Source: Fibrobacteria bacterium (GTDB lineage: Bacteria > Fibrobacterota > Fibrobacteria > UBA11236). Taken from it: a stretch of 51,061 bases of DNA. Both the position numbers and the translations under genes were made by a program. Each line of letters starts with the position of its first letter. Position 1 is the stretch's first letter. Of the stretch, positions 17,975-28,088 are shown piece by piece. The stretch is from contig JBGTHM010000073.1 of NCBI GenBank assembly GCA_041746255.1, positions 1 to 51,061 on the forward strand, read 5' to 3'. The notes under the pieces were generated by a model. That model was not told the DNA's origin and did not search any database. It saw only the letters and a program-made list of their open reading frames with translations.

Positions 17975-19411
17975 ATGAGTAAGTTAACCGCGATATCCGC
18001 ACTTTTTGCCATAGCCGCATTCGCCGGAACCGCCGGTTCTTCCATCGCAATGGATGTATCCAGAAACCGCGCCTATTTGAAATTCGACGAACATTTTCCC
18101 GAGAACGAAATCATCGCGAATCAAGCCGCCCTGATGGTAGAACTCTATCTGCATGTCGACGACGACGACGCCCTGGTTTTCGATTCCGATATGCCGAATC
18201 TCGTCCTCGGCAAAATCCATCTCGGAGGACTGTCCCGCGCGCAAGCGAAAGATAGCGTGGAAAGGTTCCGCGCGAACCTGCACCGCAGGGTAACATCGCT
18301 GTATCTCCAGAAACCCGGCGAGTGGAACGGCGACGACTCGCTATTACATAACCGTTTTCCCGTCGAGTGGACGCCGGAGCTGAGAATAGCCTCGGCGGGA
18401 AGGACCTGGGCCAAGAAAGGCTTGAAGCGCACTTTCCGGCAGAGCCTGGTCCGATCGCATGCCTATCTTCCCATCGCCAAATCGGTTTTCAAGCGGCAGG
18501 GAATTCCCGACCGCCTGAAATACCTGCCGCATATCGAATCCCGCTTCGCCGTCGAAGCCTATTCGCCCGCTCAAGCCGCCGGATTATGGCAATTCGTGCC
18601 CGTAACCGGGGCCATGTACCTGGAAATCAATGACCTCGTCGATCAACGTCTTGACCCCGAGGCCTCGACCCTGGCCGCCGGCAAGCTTTTGAAAAAATAC
18701 CGGCAGCTGGCCGGTTCCTGGCCCCTGGCCCTGATGGCCTATCATTCCGGCATCGCGGAAATCCTGCGCGCCGTCCGGGAGGAAGGGCTCGTCGATGCGG
18801 GCGAGGTAGTCAGCCGATACCGTTCTCCCGCTTTCCAACGTTTCTCCCGTATGTATTACGCTAAATATCTGGCCGCCTCCAGCCTGGCGATGCAGGCGGA
18901 CAAACTTTTTCCGAATTTGCGCAAAGCATCTCCCCCTTTGCTTAGGGAGGTGAAGTTGCAACATGAGTGGAAGCCCATGCAGCTGCGCATCCTTACGGGT
19001 TACTCCTTGGAAACCTTGCGCAAATGCAATCCTGAATTGCGGCCGGCGGTATTCCAGCGCAATCTGGAACTTCCCCGGGGATATGCCCTGAAATTGCCTC
19101 AATCGGCTCCCACGCAACAGGAAGCGGCTTTCGCCGACTTACCGTCCGATATGCAGGGCGCCAAGACGCCTAGGACCCTGCTGGTCGCGGGTTTCGGCGG
19201 CCTCTCTTTGCCCGGACAGGGTTATATCAAATCGCTGGTGATGGGATGGCGTAAGAATTTGTTGTCGGAACACCATGAGAACCGCGAGCGGCGCCTTTTT
19301 CTGGCGCGCTATGGACTGGACGGTCCCAATTTGTCGCAATGGGCCGATGAAGACGGAATCGTTCTCTATCCCCATCCCTTGGCGGCGACTCTTTTAACCC
19401 CCGCTCCCTGA
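17975..19411 (+). CDS. Lytic murein transglycosylase, SLT domain (MltD-like)
   Basis: LPHIESRF (catalytic Glu), AAGLWQF, D.R.DP..ST.AA, WPLALMAYHSG; degenerate LysM-like segment. Start 17975 chosen for its signal peptide (17927 is an alternative). Confidence 0.88.
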   Translation: MSKLTAISALFAIAAFAGTAGSSIAMDVSRNRAYLKFDEHFPENEIIANQAALMVELYLHVDDDDALVFDSDMPNLVLGKIHLGGLSRAQAKDSVERFRANLHRRVTSLYLQKPGEWNGDDSLLHNRFPVEWTPELRIASAGRTWAKKGLKRTFRQSLVRSHAYLPIAKSVFKRQGIPDRLKYLPHIESRFAVEAYSPAQAAGLWQFVPVTGAMYLEINDLVDQRLDPEASTLAAGKLLKKYRQLAGSWPLALMAYHSGIAEILRAVREEGLVDAGEVVSRYRSPAFQRFSRMYYAKYLAASSLAMQADKLFPNLRKASPPLLREVKLQHEWKPMQLRILTGYSLETLRKCNPELRPAVFQRNLELPRGYALKLPQSAPTQQEAAFADLPSDMQGAKTPRTLLVAGFGGLSLPGQGYIKSLVMGWRKNLLSEHHENRERRLFLARYGLDGPNLSQWADEDGIVLYPHPLAATLLTPAP

Positions 19412-19669
19412 TCCCCTCCGTCGTCGCAGCATCGGCGCTTGACACGCAGCCTTTCTGCGCATTGTTTAAAAGCAAAGGAAAGTAGGGTGGCGGGAAAAAA
19501 TGGTCCGCCTCAAGCCGCATGGGAATCGGGAATCTGGGATTCCTTTTTTGGACATACGGTATCGGCCGGTTAGAAGGGAAACCGGTAGGGCAAAGTAAAG
19601 AACCACAACAACACTGCAGCATGTCCCTCATGCATTCTTCATCACCTGGAGCATGACGATTCCGCGCCC

Positions 19670-19694
19670 GGGTTGGGAAGTTACTTCCCAACCC
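19670..19694. promoter_or_regulatory. Perfect 25-bp palindrome upstream of the phasin-ubiB pair (operator or hairpin)
   Basis: GGGTTGGGAAGT-T-ACTTCCCAACCC; function inferred only. Confidence 0.45.
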
Positions 19695-19771
19695 CTTTCC
19701 CCATTTGGTAGATTAGTAAAACAAACCCGCTGCGCCTCCCAACACGCGCGGCGCCATTAAAGGAGTTGATC

Positions 19772-20098
19772 ATGGACGCAGATCATGTCGTGGAAGCCTT
19801 GAAAAAAGCCGCTTATGCGGGAGTGGGATTGGTTTTCGTCACCAAAGACAAGGTCGAGGAAATGGCCCGGAAAATCGTGGAGGAGGCTAAGCTGAGCGAA
19901 GGCGAAGGCAAGAAATTCTTCGACGATTTACTGCGCAAAACCGAAGAAACCCGGCATAACGTGGAAAAAATGGTGAGCATCACGGTGGAAAAAACCCTGG
20001 ATCGTCTCGATCTGCCACGCCGCTCCGAGTTGAAAAGCCTGGAAAGCCGCATCAGCTCGCTGGAGGAAAAGCAGACCGGCGGAACCGCTTCCCGGTGA
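19772..20098 (+). CDS. Phasin / PHA-granule-associated family protein
   Basis: AAGGAG RBS. AGVGL...TKDKVEE...LSEGEGKK...LDLP.R.E...LE.RI..LE pattern. Directly upstream of an ABC1 kinase, a common pairing. Confidence 0.82.
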   Translation: MDADHVVEALKKAAYAGVGLVFVTKDKVEEMARKIVEEAKLSEGEGKKFFDDLLRKTEETRHNVEKMVSITVEKTLDRLDLPRRSELKSLESRISSLEEKQTGGTASR

Positions 20099-21783
20099 TT
20101 GAAAACATAAGACGGCTGGGCCGGACCTACCGGCATATGCACCGCTACCGGGAGATCATATCGGTATGGGCGCGTCACGGTTTCGGTGATTTGCTCGCCG
20201 GCTTGAATCTCGACAAATACCTCGATTTCGGCGAAAAATATTTGCACCTCCATGTCGCTCCCATACCGCACCTGACCCGGGCCCAACGTGTGCGCATGGC
20301 CCTGGAAGAATTGGGTCCCGCCTTTATCAAATTGGGCCAGATGATGAGCAATCGGCCCGACCTGTTATCGTCCGATTTGCTGACCGAGCTGGAAAAACTG
20401 CAGGACGCCGTGCCGCCGTTTCCCGATGCGGAGGCGCGCACGGTGGTGGAAGCGGAGCTCGGTGGGCCGATAGACCGCCACTTCGCAAACTTCGGCGCCA
20501 CGCCTGTCGCGTCGGCTTCGATGGCCCAGGTGCATAAAGCGGTTTTGCTCACCGGCGAGGAAGTCGCCGTCAAAGTTCAGCGCCCCGGCCTGGACGATTT
20601 GCTGAAGGTGGATTTGGAAATCATGTTCCACCTGGCCGCGCTGCTGGAGCGATATGTGCAGGGTATGAATATTCTCAGCCCCGTCACCATATGCGAAGAA
20701 TTCGAGCGCACCATCAAAAAGGAATTGGATTTTTCCCGCGAGGCATCCCAATTGGAACGCTTCGCCAATGCCTTTTCCGACGCGCGCCATTTCAAGGTGC
20801 CGAAGGTTTACGGATCTTTCACCACCCGGCGACTGCTGGTGTTGGAATATATTCACGGGGTTAAGGTCACCAACCGTCAAGGCCTGCTCGATGCCGGACT
20901 CGATCCCAAGGCTGCGGCGCGCAACGGTGCGGGCATCATTTTCCGCCAGATTTTCGAGCTCGGGTATTTCCACGCCGATCCCCATCCGGGAAACATATTG
21001 GTGCTGGAAGGCAATGTGATCTGTCTGCTGGATTACGGCATGGTGGGCAGCATCTCGCCCGCCCATCGCGATCACCTGGTATCGGTGCTCATCGGCATGG
21101 TCGAGCGCGACGCGGGGCGCATCAGCAAGACCTTGATGCAATTGGCGGTGCATCCCATCGAATCGGCCGAGTCGCTGGAATACCATGTGGGCGAATTGCT
21201 GGACGAATATGTTTACGTGACTTTGCGCGAATTGCGCGTCGGTGATTTTCTCCGCAAGCTCATCCGGCTCATTCTGGAGCATAAATTGAAGATGCTGCCC
21301 GGATTCTACCTGCTGCTCAAAACCGTCGTCACCGTGGAAGGCGTGGCCGGACGGCTCGATCCCGAATTCGACATGGTGGAGCAATTCCGGCCCTTCGCCA
21401 GGCGTATCATGCGTGAACGCCTCAGCCCCAAACGGCTCCTCTCGGACCTGTACCATACCGCCTGGGATTTAAGCCCCTTATTGCGTGAATTTCCCTCCGA
21501 AGCCCGGGGAATTTTGGACTTGGTCAAACGCGGTAAAATCCGCATCGAGTTTCAGCACCGGGGGTTGGAACCGCTCTTGGAGGTGCACGAGCGCATCGTC
21601 AATCGCATCGTCTTCGCCCTGGTCTTGGCCTCCCTGGTTATCGGTTCTTCGCTGGTAGTGTTGGCGGGCGTGCCGCCCACCTGGCAGGGTATTCCCATAA
21701 TCGGACTGGGCGGATTTTCCGTAGCCGCTCTATTGGGATTTTGGCTGTTGGTAAATATTCTCCGCAAAGGGAAAATCCATTAA
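20095..21783 (+). CDS. ubiB: AarF/ABC1/UbiB family atypical kinase
   Basis: LEELGPAFIKLGQ, ASASMAQVH, AVKVQRP, ELDF..EA, FHADPHPGN, DYGMVG; two C-terminal TMs; GTGA overlap with the upstream gene. Confidence 0.93.
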   Translation: MIENIRRLGRTYRHMHRYREIISVWARHGFGDLLAGLNLDKYLDFGEKYLHLHVAPIPHLTRAQRVRMALEELGPAFIKLGQMMSNRPDLLSSDLLTELEKLQDAVPPFPDAEARTVVEAELGGPIDRHFANFGATPVASASMAQVHKAVLLTGEEVAVKVQRPGLDDLLKVDLEIMFHLAALLERYVQGMNILSPVTICEEFERTIKKELDFSREASQLERFANAFSDARHFKVPKVYGSFTTRRLLVLEYIHGVKVTNRQGLLDAGLDPKAAARNGAGIIFRQIFELGYFHADPHPGNILVLEGNVICLLDYGMVGSISPAHRDHLVSVLIGMVERDAGRISKTLMQLAVHPIESAESLEYHVGELLDEYVYVTLRELRVGDFLRKLIRLILEHKLKMLPGFYLLLKTVVTVEGVAGRLDPEFDMVEQFRPFARRIMRERLSPKRLLSDLYHTAWDLSPLLREFPSEARGILDLVKRGKIRIEFQHRGLEPLLEVHERIVNRIVFALVLASLVIGSSLVVLAGVPPTWQGIPIIGLGGFSVAALLGFWLLVNILRKGKIH

Positions 21784-24041
21784 CCGTAAGCGGAAGAGCG
21801 GCTTTTCTCCGAAATTTCAGAGGGCGAATCCGAAAAAACCGGCAAGTGCAACGGACCCAGGCCCAGCGCCCCTTCCACCGAACCCGCTATCAATGCCAAC
21901 TGGCCCATAATGCGTAAATAGAGTGCCTCCAGCCTTGCCAGGGCTTTATCCGCCGCATCGAAAACCCGTTCGTAGTCGTCGGCCTCGGGTAGAGCGTCGA
22001 GCACATAATCGGCTAAGGTGGCGCCGGGCTTGGCGGCCTTGGGAAAAGGATGCGCCGTGGCTCCCAACTGGCGTCGCAGCCGCAACAAAGAAGCGCGCAG
22101 CAACACCGATTTTTCCGCGATTTCACGACCGAGTTCGTGCCCTTTTTCATTTCCATCCAGGTTTTCCACCAGAATGACCATTTCGGAAAAGTCTTTGCGT
22201 AAAGCCGAGGCTTCCGTCAGGGCTGGAAGCAAACCCGCGAGCGTAGGCAGCAAGCCATTGGCTTCATCGAGAAACTCAGGACCATCGCGCAGTCCTTGCG
22301 AAGCGACCAGCGCGGGAAGGGCGGCCAAGGCCGTCACCAATCTGTCGGAGAAGGCCGCCTCCAGGGGCTCGAGCCGGTCGGCCAGGTCGTTTTGCTCGCG
22401 CAGGCATAGGGCAACGGCCGCAACGGACGCGGACACGGTCGCCGTTTCCAAATGGAAGTCCTCGGGTTCGATGTGAAACCGGGCCGAGAGCAAAGCGCCC
22501 GCCTGCAAGGCTTGCAAAAGGCGCTGCTCACACCGAAGAAGCTGGTGATAATTCCGGGTACCCTCCGGTAATGCGGCCGCAATGCGCGCCCGCGCCTCGT
22601 GCAAGGCCCGGCGCGCCTCCGGAAGATCGGCTATCTCATAGGCGGGTAAAGCCGGCGTACCGGAAGCCGCAAGGCGCAGCGGACGCCGGCTCGAAAGCAG
22701 GCTGAAGAAATAACTTTCCAAGGCGGCCTCCCCCGCCTGCATCTGGCTCTGTCCCTGCATGATGTCGCTCGTGGAAACCAGCCTGTCCGCGTAGAATTCT
22801 TCTTGTAAATCGCTGGCGTAAAGACGAAGCGTCACTTCACGGCAACGCGCGGGAAAGTCGCAAAAAAGCGAGGGCGCCTCGGCGGGAAGGCGACACAATC
22901 CCGGAGCCTCCAATTTCCGGGCCGCGGCGACGCGTTCCCCGAATGAGGGGTGAGTATGCAACGGCCCGCTTCGCTCGGCCCACATCTCCTTGTGGATTTT
23001 GTCACGTACCTCCGCAATAAAAATACGCGTATGGGCTTTGACCAAGGCGGGAAAATCGTCGCCGAGCCGGCCCTCCCGCCACGATAGGCTCAAGGTTTTC
23101 CGGGCCAGGCCTCGGGCCGCTTCCAAGATGCGGGTTTGCACCAGCAGGGACTCAAAGGCCTCGACGCCGGCCAAGCGCACGGCATATCTATCCGCGTCCA
23201 ATTCCATTTGCCGCAGCAGGTAACAACTGAGCAACCTACCGATTGCCATGAACGGCTTGAGCGCCTGGCGGGTGAGCCAAAGATACCCTCGGGCGATATG
23301 GCAAAAAAATCCCACGCCCAGGTCGAGACGGCGCGACCCCCGCTCCAACCATTCGTCCCAGGCGTCCCGGCCATGCACCGCCTGCTCGAACCAGCGTTCC
23401 ACCCCCCTTACGATATAAATAAGCCGGATGGCCATGCCCTGCCCAAAATGGGCCAACTCATGGGTGACCATGGCCGCGAATTGCTGCACGGTGAGGCCGT
23501 CGACCAGCGAGAGGCCGAAGACCAGTTCCACCCGGCCGCGTAACAGATTGATGACACCCGGAGCATAGCGGGCGAAAGCATTGACCTCGGAGTTCAGGTA
23601 AATGCGGAGAGGGACCGGCGCATCGGTGATGCGGCATAGGTCGCGGACGAAATCGAAAAGGTGGGACTCCTCTTCGGGCGAAACACGACGGTCGCGCGGG
23701 TCGGGACGGGTCACGGCCCAGAGGGGTTTAAACAGGAAAAGCCCCTGTACGATTCCCACACCGCCGATACAGACATAAGCCAGGGCACCCCACCACCGGG
23801 CCTGGTGTCCGACCAACCAATGGATGTGCTCCCATAAATGCCAGGCCGTCGCCAGGAAAACCCCGACCACGAAAAAAATATAGAGGGCCGGTAGAAACAG
23901 CATGCCGACGGTCGCCAAAACGATTCCCACCCGATAGCGCATGGGTACGCTTTCGCGCGGCAGACTGCCATGGATCTTGGGACGGCCCATGGCATCCAAG
24001 GGATGGGCTAGGGGCTCGTCGGGGCCGTAGGAGGTTTTCAC
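21780..24041 (-). CDS. M48 family Zn-dependent membrane metalloprotease with long helical C-terminal extension
   Basis: Two N-terminal TMs, VNAFA, HELAH, ELDADRYA, THPS..ERV motifs. Confidence 0.9.
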   Translation of the reverse strand: MKTSYGPDEPLAHPLDAMGRPKIHGSLPRESVPMRYRVGIVLATVGMLFLPALYIFFVVGVFLATAWHLWEHIHWLVGHQARWWGALAYVCIGGVGIVQGLFLFKPLWAVTRPDPRDRRVSPEEESHLFDFVRDLCRITDAPVPLRIYLNSEVNAFARYAPGVINLLRGRVELVFGLSLVDGLTVQQFAAMVTHELAHFGQGMAIRLIYIVRGVERWFEQAVHGRDAWDEWLERGSRRLDLGVGFFCHIARGYLWLTRQALKPFMAIGRLLSCYLLRQMELDADRYAVRLAGVEAFESLLVQTRILEAARGLARKTLSLSWREGRLGDDFPALVKAHTRIFIAEVRDKIHKEMWAERSGPLHTHPSFGERVAAARKLEAPGLCRLPAEAPSLFCDFPARCREVTLRLYASDLQEEFYADRLVSTSDIMQGQSQMQAGEAALESYFFSLLSSRRPLRLAASGTPALPAYEIADLPEARRALHEARARIAAALPEGTRNYHQLLRCEQRLLQALQAGALLSARFHIEPEDFHLETATVSASVAAVALCLREQNDLADRLEPLEAAFSDRLVTALAALPALVASQGLRDGPEFLDEANGLLPTLAGLLPALTEASALRKDFSEMVILVENLDGNEKGHELGREIAEKSVLLRASLLRLRRQLGATAHPFPKAAKPGATLADYVLDALPEADDYERVFDAADKALARLEALYLRIMGQLALIAGSVEGALGLGPLHLPVFSDSPSEISEKSRSSAYG

Positions 24042-24101
24042 CCCCTAAGCATACCGCCTGACCGGGGAGAAAACCCCAATTTTAAGCGAGAAAGGCCAAA
24101 T

Positions 24102-24632
24102 TCAACTTTTAGCCGCATTCACTGCCGCTTCCGTAGCGCGAGCTACCGCCGCCGACTCTTCCGCCGGAGCGACAACCTTGTGAAAGTCTCCCCGCAGGGC
24201 TTTCAGGGCGTATTTTTCCAAGTCGATTTCCTGTCGGGTGCGAAAACCCAGGCGTCTTAAGGGAAGCAGGGGGTAGCTCCAACCCTGAGCCTGAAATTGC
24301 AACAGCATGGGTACGGACAGCCAGGTGAGAAGCACCCAAACGCGGCTTTTAAAAAGCCCGAAGACCAGACCGAACAGGGCGCAAGCGGCCGCGGAAAGTC
24401 CCATCACCCGTTCTACGTCCCATTCGTCCTCGAGCATGACAATGCGGTGCGAAAGGGTTTCGCGCGATTGCGTACCGTAGAAACGGATATTCTCGCGGGT
24501 GCGCTTGTCGATAACCTGATTGATTTCAGGCGGGGTATTCCGTCGAATCCTGTCGGCTTCGTCCCGAAGGGTATTCCCGTCGGAGCCTTCCGGAAAATTG
24601 AACACATTGCGGCTGTTTTTTTCCTCGAGCAT
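24102..24632 (-). CDS. DUF2892 (YgaP-like) membrane protein
   Basis: EWDVERV, TM pair, QGWSYP....RRLGFRT..EI..EKYALKALRGDF. AGGAG RBS before the ATG at 24632. Confidence 0.8.
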   Translation of the reverse strand: MLEEKNSRNVFNFPEGSDGNTLRDEADRIRRNTPPEINQVIDKRTRENIRFYGTQSRETLSHRIVMLEDEWDVERVMGLSAAACALFGLVFGLFKSRVWVLLTWLSVPMLLQFQAQGWSYPLLPLRRLGFRTRQEIDLEKYALKALRGDFHKVVAPAEESAAVARATEAAVNAAKS

Positions 24633-24773
24633 CGGTTTCTCCTGCTTCATATGATTCAAACATCCCAATGGTATGCTTTTTAAAGATAGGTTATGCCACC
24701 AGGCGGAACAAACCCGGTGGCATATTCTCCCCTTTAGCCAGATGGTGAATCATCGGCCTCCCTATGATTGGCT

Positions 24774-25214
24774 TCAATGAGTGGGTCGCGAGACCTCTTC
24801 GACCAACTCCCCGGTTACTTCTTCCTCCACATTCAGCGCCAAATCGGCTTGGGATACGATGCCGCTGGCTCCTCCCCCTTCGTCCACAACCACCACGCGC
24901 CGAATCTGCTGCTCTTCCATCAATTTGATGCAGGCGTCTACGGAAGCCTCCTCCGAAATGGTGAATACCGAATCGGTCATGCAATCCCCGGCGGTGAGTT
25001 CCAGGGGGTTTTTCCCCTGCGCCAAGGTACGCACCGCGATATCGCGATCGGTCACTACGCCTACCGGCCGCCAATTTTCCTGGTCTTCGACAACAGGTAT
25101 GATCCCGCAATCGTTTTCCACCATCATGCGGGCCACCTCTTCCAACGGCGTATCCGGCAGGCAGCAAATGGGGTTTTCCGTCATTATTTCCACTATTTTA
25201 CGAGTATCGGGCAT
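24774..25214 (-). CDS. CBS-domain pair protein
   Basis: IMT.NP, M.ENDCG.IPVV, GVVTDRDI, M.E.QIRR.VVV, GIVSQADL. AAGGAGG RBS before the ATG at 25214. Confidence 0.93.
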   Translation of the reverse strand: MPDTRKIVEIMTENPICCLPDTPLEEVARMMVENDCGIIPVVEDQENWRPVGVVTDRDIAVRTLAQGKNPLELTAGDCMTDSVFTISEEASVDACIKLMEEQQIRRVVVVDEGGGASGIVSQADLALNVEEEVTGELVEEVSRPTH

Positions 25215-25314
25215 AATCGCCTCCTTTTGAGACTGTATTTTCACTACGTCTAACATAATTTTTACCGGCGCTCCGCCAAACGATTCAAAAATTTTCCCGA
25301 ATTCTCCCTGATCG

Positions 25315-25344
25315 AAAAAGGGCCTGCGGTCAAGCAGGCCCTTT
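25315..25344 (-). terminator. Rho-independent terminator of cmk-rpsA
   Basis: Minus strand AAAGGGCCTGC-TTGACC-GCAGGCCCTTTTT, about 45 nt after the rpsA stop. Confidence 0.85.
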
Positions 25345-25389
25345 GCGCTAGGGGATTTTTACCGTAAGACAGGAAGGCAGCAGGTTTTC

Positions 25390-27126
25390 CTACTCTTCCC
25401 CCTCCAACTTGACGACGTCGCCGATGGTGGTGGGAGTCGGTACGTGAGCGGCCAGGTATTCCTTCCACTCCGCGTCTTCCTTGTTCTTGAAATAGTCCAC
25501 GACGCTCAAAGTGAGCTTGCGGTTGGCCGCATCCACTTCGATGACCACGGTGGGCAATTCGTCGCCGACCTTGAAAGCCTCGGCGGGATTGCGCAAGTCT
25601 TCGGTGGTCAGTTTTGAATTGGGGATGAAACCTTCCAATCCGCCCGGAACTTCGGCGACTACGCCCCTGTCCAACATGCGGAGGATGGATACCTTGGCCT
25701 CTTTGCCTACGGGGAAGTCCTGTTCGACCTTTTCCCAGGGATCCTCTTCCAGATGCTTCATGGAAAGGGAGATGCGACGCTTTTCCTTGTCGATGGCCAT
25801 GACGATGCACTCCACCTCGTCGCCCTTTTTGAGGACTTCGGAAGGATGGGTGATTTTCTTGGTCCACGACATGTCGGAGACATGGATAAGGCCGTCAACG
25901 CCTTCCTTCAACTCGATGAAAGCGCCGAAGGCGGCGAGGTTGCGGATTTCGCCCTTGACCTTGGAACCGACGGGAATTTCGTTCTCGATTTGCTCCCAGG
26001 GATCAGGGGTAACCTGCTTGAGGCCGAGCGAGATCTTCTCGTTTTCGGTGTCGAGCTTGAGGACCACTGCATTCACTTCGTCGCCCACGTTGAGAATTTG
26101 CGAGGGGTGTTTGATATGCTGGGTCCAGGACATTTCGGAAATATGGATAAGGCCTTCGACGCCTTGATCCAATTCCACGAAGGCGCCGTAATCGGTCATG
26201 GAAACCACGCGGCCGGTGACATTGGTGCCTTCGGGATATTTGGCGGTGACATCTTCCCAAGGATGTTTGGTCAGTTGCTTCATGCCGAGCGATATGCGTT
26301 CTTTGCGGTCGTTGAAATCGAGAACCACGACGCGCACCTTGTGTCCCAGTCCCACCACTTCGGAGGGATGGCCCACGCGGCCCCAGGACATGTCGGTGAT
26401 ATGGAGCAAGCCGTCCACGCCGCCCAGGTCGATGAAGGCGCCGAAGTCGGTGATGTTCTTGACGATACCTTCGCGAATCTGTCCGCGTTCGAGGGTATCG
26501 ATGATTTCGTCGCGCATCTTGGAACGTTCCTGTTCCAGCACCACGCGGCGCGAGACCACGATATTGCGGCGGATTTTGTTGACCTTGATGACTTTGAATT
26601 CCATTTCGACGCCCAGCAAGGCGTCGAGATCGGGAACCTGGCGCAAGTCGATTTGCGAACCCGGCAAAAAGGCCTCGATGCCGAAAAGGTCGACCACCAC
26701 GCCGCCCTTGATGCGACGGATGATGCGGCCGGCGACGATTTCCTCGCGCTCGAAGGCTTCGCGGATACGCTCCCAGACGCGCATGAAATCGGCGCGTTGC
26801 TTGGAAAGGATGATTTGTCCGTCGGCGTTCTCGACCTGCTCGAGATAGACTTCATAAACCTTGCCGATGGCCAAATCGGTTTCGTCTTTGAATTCGATTT
26901 TGTTGATGATGCCTTCCGACTTGAAATGCACGTCGATGAAGACGTCGCTGTCGGTGATGCGAACCACGGTGCCCTTGACGATGCTGCCTTCTTGCAGTCC
27001 CTGCAAGGTATCGTCATACAGGCTTAACAGCTCTTTTTGCGCTTCGTCCGCGAAGTCGAGCTTTTCCTCTTCCTGAAGAAAATCCTTCAAATCCTCTTCG
27101 GAACCGTACAATAATTTCTGAGTCAT
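25390..27126 (-). CDS. rpsA: 30S ribosomal protein S1
   Basis: Six S1 repeats (AFLPGSQID, TDFGAFIDLGGVDGLLHITDMSW, GVEGLIHISEMSW, etc.). Start moved to the ATG at 27126 (AAGGAG RBS). Confidence 0.98.
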   Translation of the reverse strand: MTQKLLYGSEEDLKDFLQEEEKLDFADEAQKELLSLYDDTLQGLQEGSIVKGTVVRITDSDVFIDVHFKSEGIINKIEFKDETDLAIGKVYEVYLEQVENADGQIILSKQRADFMRVWERIREAFEREEIVAGRIIRRIKGGVVVDLFGIEAFLPGSQIDLRQVPDLDALLGVEMEFKVIKVNKIRRNIVVSRRVVLEQERSKMRDEIIDTLERGQIREGIVKNITDFGAFIDLGGVDGLLHITDMSWGRVGHPSEVVGLGHKVRVVVLDFNDRKERISLGMKQLTKHPWEDVTAKYPEGTNVTGRVVSMTDYGAFVELDQGVEGLIHISEMSWTQHIKHPSQILNVGDEVNAVVLKLDTENEKISLGLKQVTPDPWEQIENEIPVGSKVKGEIRNLAAFGAFIELKEGVDGLIHVSDMSWTKKITHPSEVLKKGDEVECIVMAIDKEKRRISLSMKHLEEDPWEKVEQDFPVGKEAKVSILRMLDRGVVAEVPGGLEGFIPNSKLTTEDLRNPAEAFKVGDELPTVVIEVDAANRKLTLSVVDYFKNKEDAEWKEYLAAHVPTPTTIGDVVKLEGEE

Positions 27127-27302
27127 GTGTCTCCTTGATATCCCTACCGTGCCGTCGGGGGCGAACTCTACGCGATGTCTGACGGGAAAGGGTCGGGGCA
27201 TGGACGCCAGGTTAGAGGATCGAACATCCGATCCCGGGAGTGGTCGCGCCATGGTGGTCTTGAACCGAGGCTCCTCCGCCTATTCTGGATAAGCCCTGGG
27301 GC

Positions 27303-27995
27303 CTATTTGGAAACGGGGACGGTGCGCCGGCTCAAAACGAAGTCGGTAATGATAGTAACTTGCTGCTCAAATGTTAAGTTGCTGGTATCGATGACCTGGG
27401 CGTCTGGAGCCAGAATCAGGGGGCTGTGCACCCGCGAGCTGTCCTTTTGATCCCTTTGCTGGATATTTTCGAGTATGGCTGCGAGAGTGGACTGGTTATT
27501 CGTGTCATTAAGTTCCATAAGTCGGCGTTTGGCACGGACTTCTGGATGTGCAGTCATGTAAAATTTAAACTCTGCGTCGGGAAAGACCACGGTGCCGATA
27601 TCGCGCCCCTCCACCACCGAAGGCGCTTCCAGACCCAGTCTCCTTTGCGCTGCGACCAAAACCTCGCGCACCGGTTCGGCTTGGCAATAATCGGAGACCC
27701 GGGAGCTGACTTCCGGGCCACGAATGGCTTCGGACACGTCTTCCCCGTTGACCCACACCCGGTTGGGCTCCTCGAATCGTAGGGCCATTCCCCGCGCCAC
27801 CTCCACCAGCCCTTTTACGTTTTCGGGAGGTAATGATTTCTGCAAGGCCAGCAAGGTATGCGCACGGTACATGGCGCCGGTGTCGATATGCCGGATTCCC
27901 AGCCGACGGGCCACTTCACGGGCCGTGCTGCTCTTGCCGGATCCGCTTACGCCATCGATGGCGACTATCAATGGTTCGGATGATGCATTCTCCAT
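27303..27995 (-). CDS. cmk: Cytidylate kinase
   Basis: IAIDG.SGSGKS-type P-loop, DTGAMYR, EGRDIGTVVFPDA, RD..DS.R..SPL; conserved position upstream of rpsA. Confidence 0.96.
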   Translation of the reverse strand: MENASSEPLIVAIDGVSGSGKSSTAREVARRLGIRHIDTGAMYRAHTLLALQKSLPPENVKGLVEVARGMALRFEEPNRVWVNGEDVSEAIRGPEVSSRVSDYCQAEPVREVLVAAQRRLGLEAPSVVEGRDIGTVVFPDAEFKFYMTAHPEVRAKRRLMELNDTNNQSTLAAILENIQQRDQKDSSRVHSPLILAPDAQVIDTSNLTFEQQVTIITDFVLSRRTVPVSK

Positions 27996-28073
27996 CAAAG
28001 GAAAAGTAAAAAGTAATCGAGGATAGGTGGGCGGAAGAAGTCACCGCTATCGTGGCAGAGTGAGGCACGGCTT

Positions 28074-28082
28074 TGATATAAT
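28074..28082 (+). promoter_or_regulatory. Extended -10 promoter element (TGnTATAAT), 6 nt before the GTG start
   Basis: Sequence TGATATAAT-tcgtgc-GTG; no Shine-Dalgarno present. Confidence 0.65.
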
Positions 28083-28088
28083 TCGTGC

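Noticed and set aside
19439..19470. TTGACA as a sigma70 -35 box
   Set aside because: No acceptable -10 hexamer at 16-18 bp spacing.
25262..27027. Long overlapping ORFs over rpsA (25753..27027 +, 26280..27017 -, 25262..25867 -)
   Set aside because: Shadow frames of a highly biased ribosomal protein gene.
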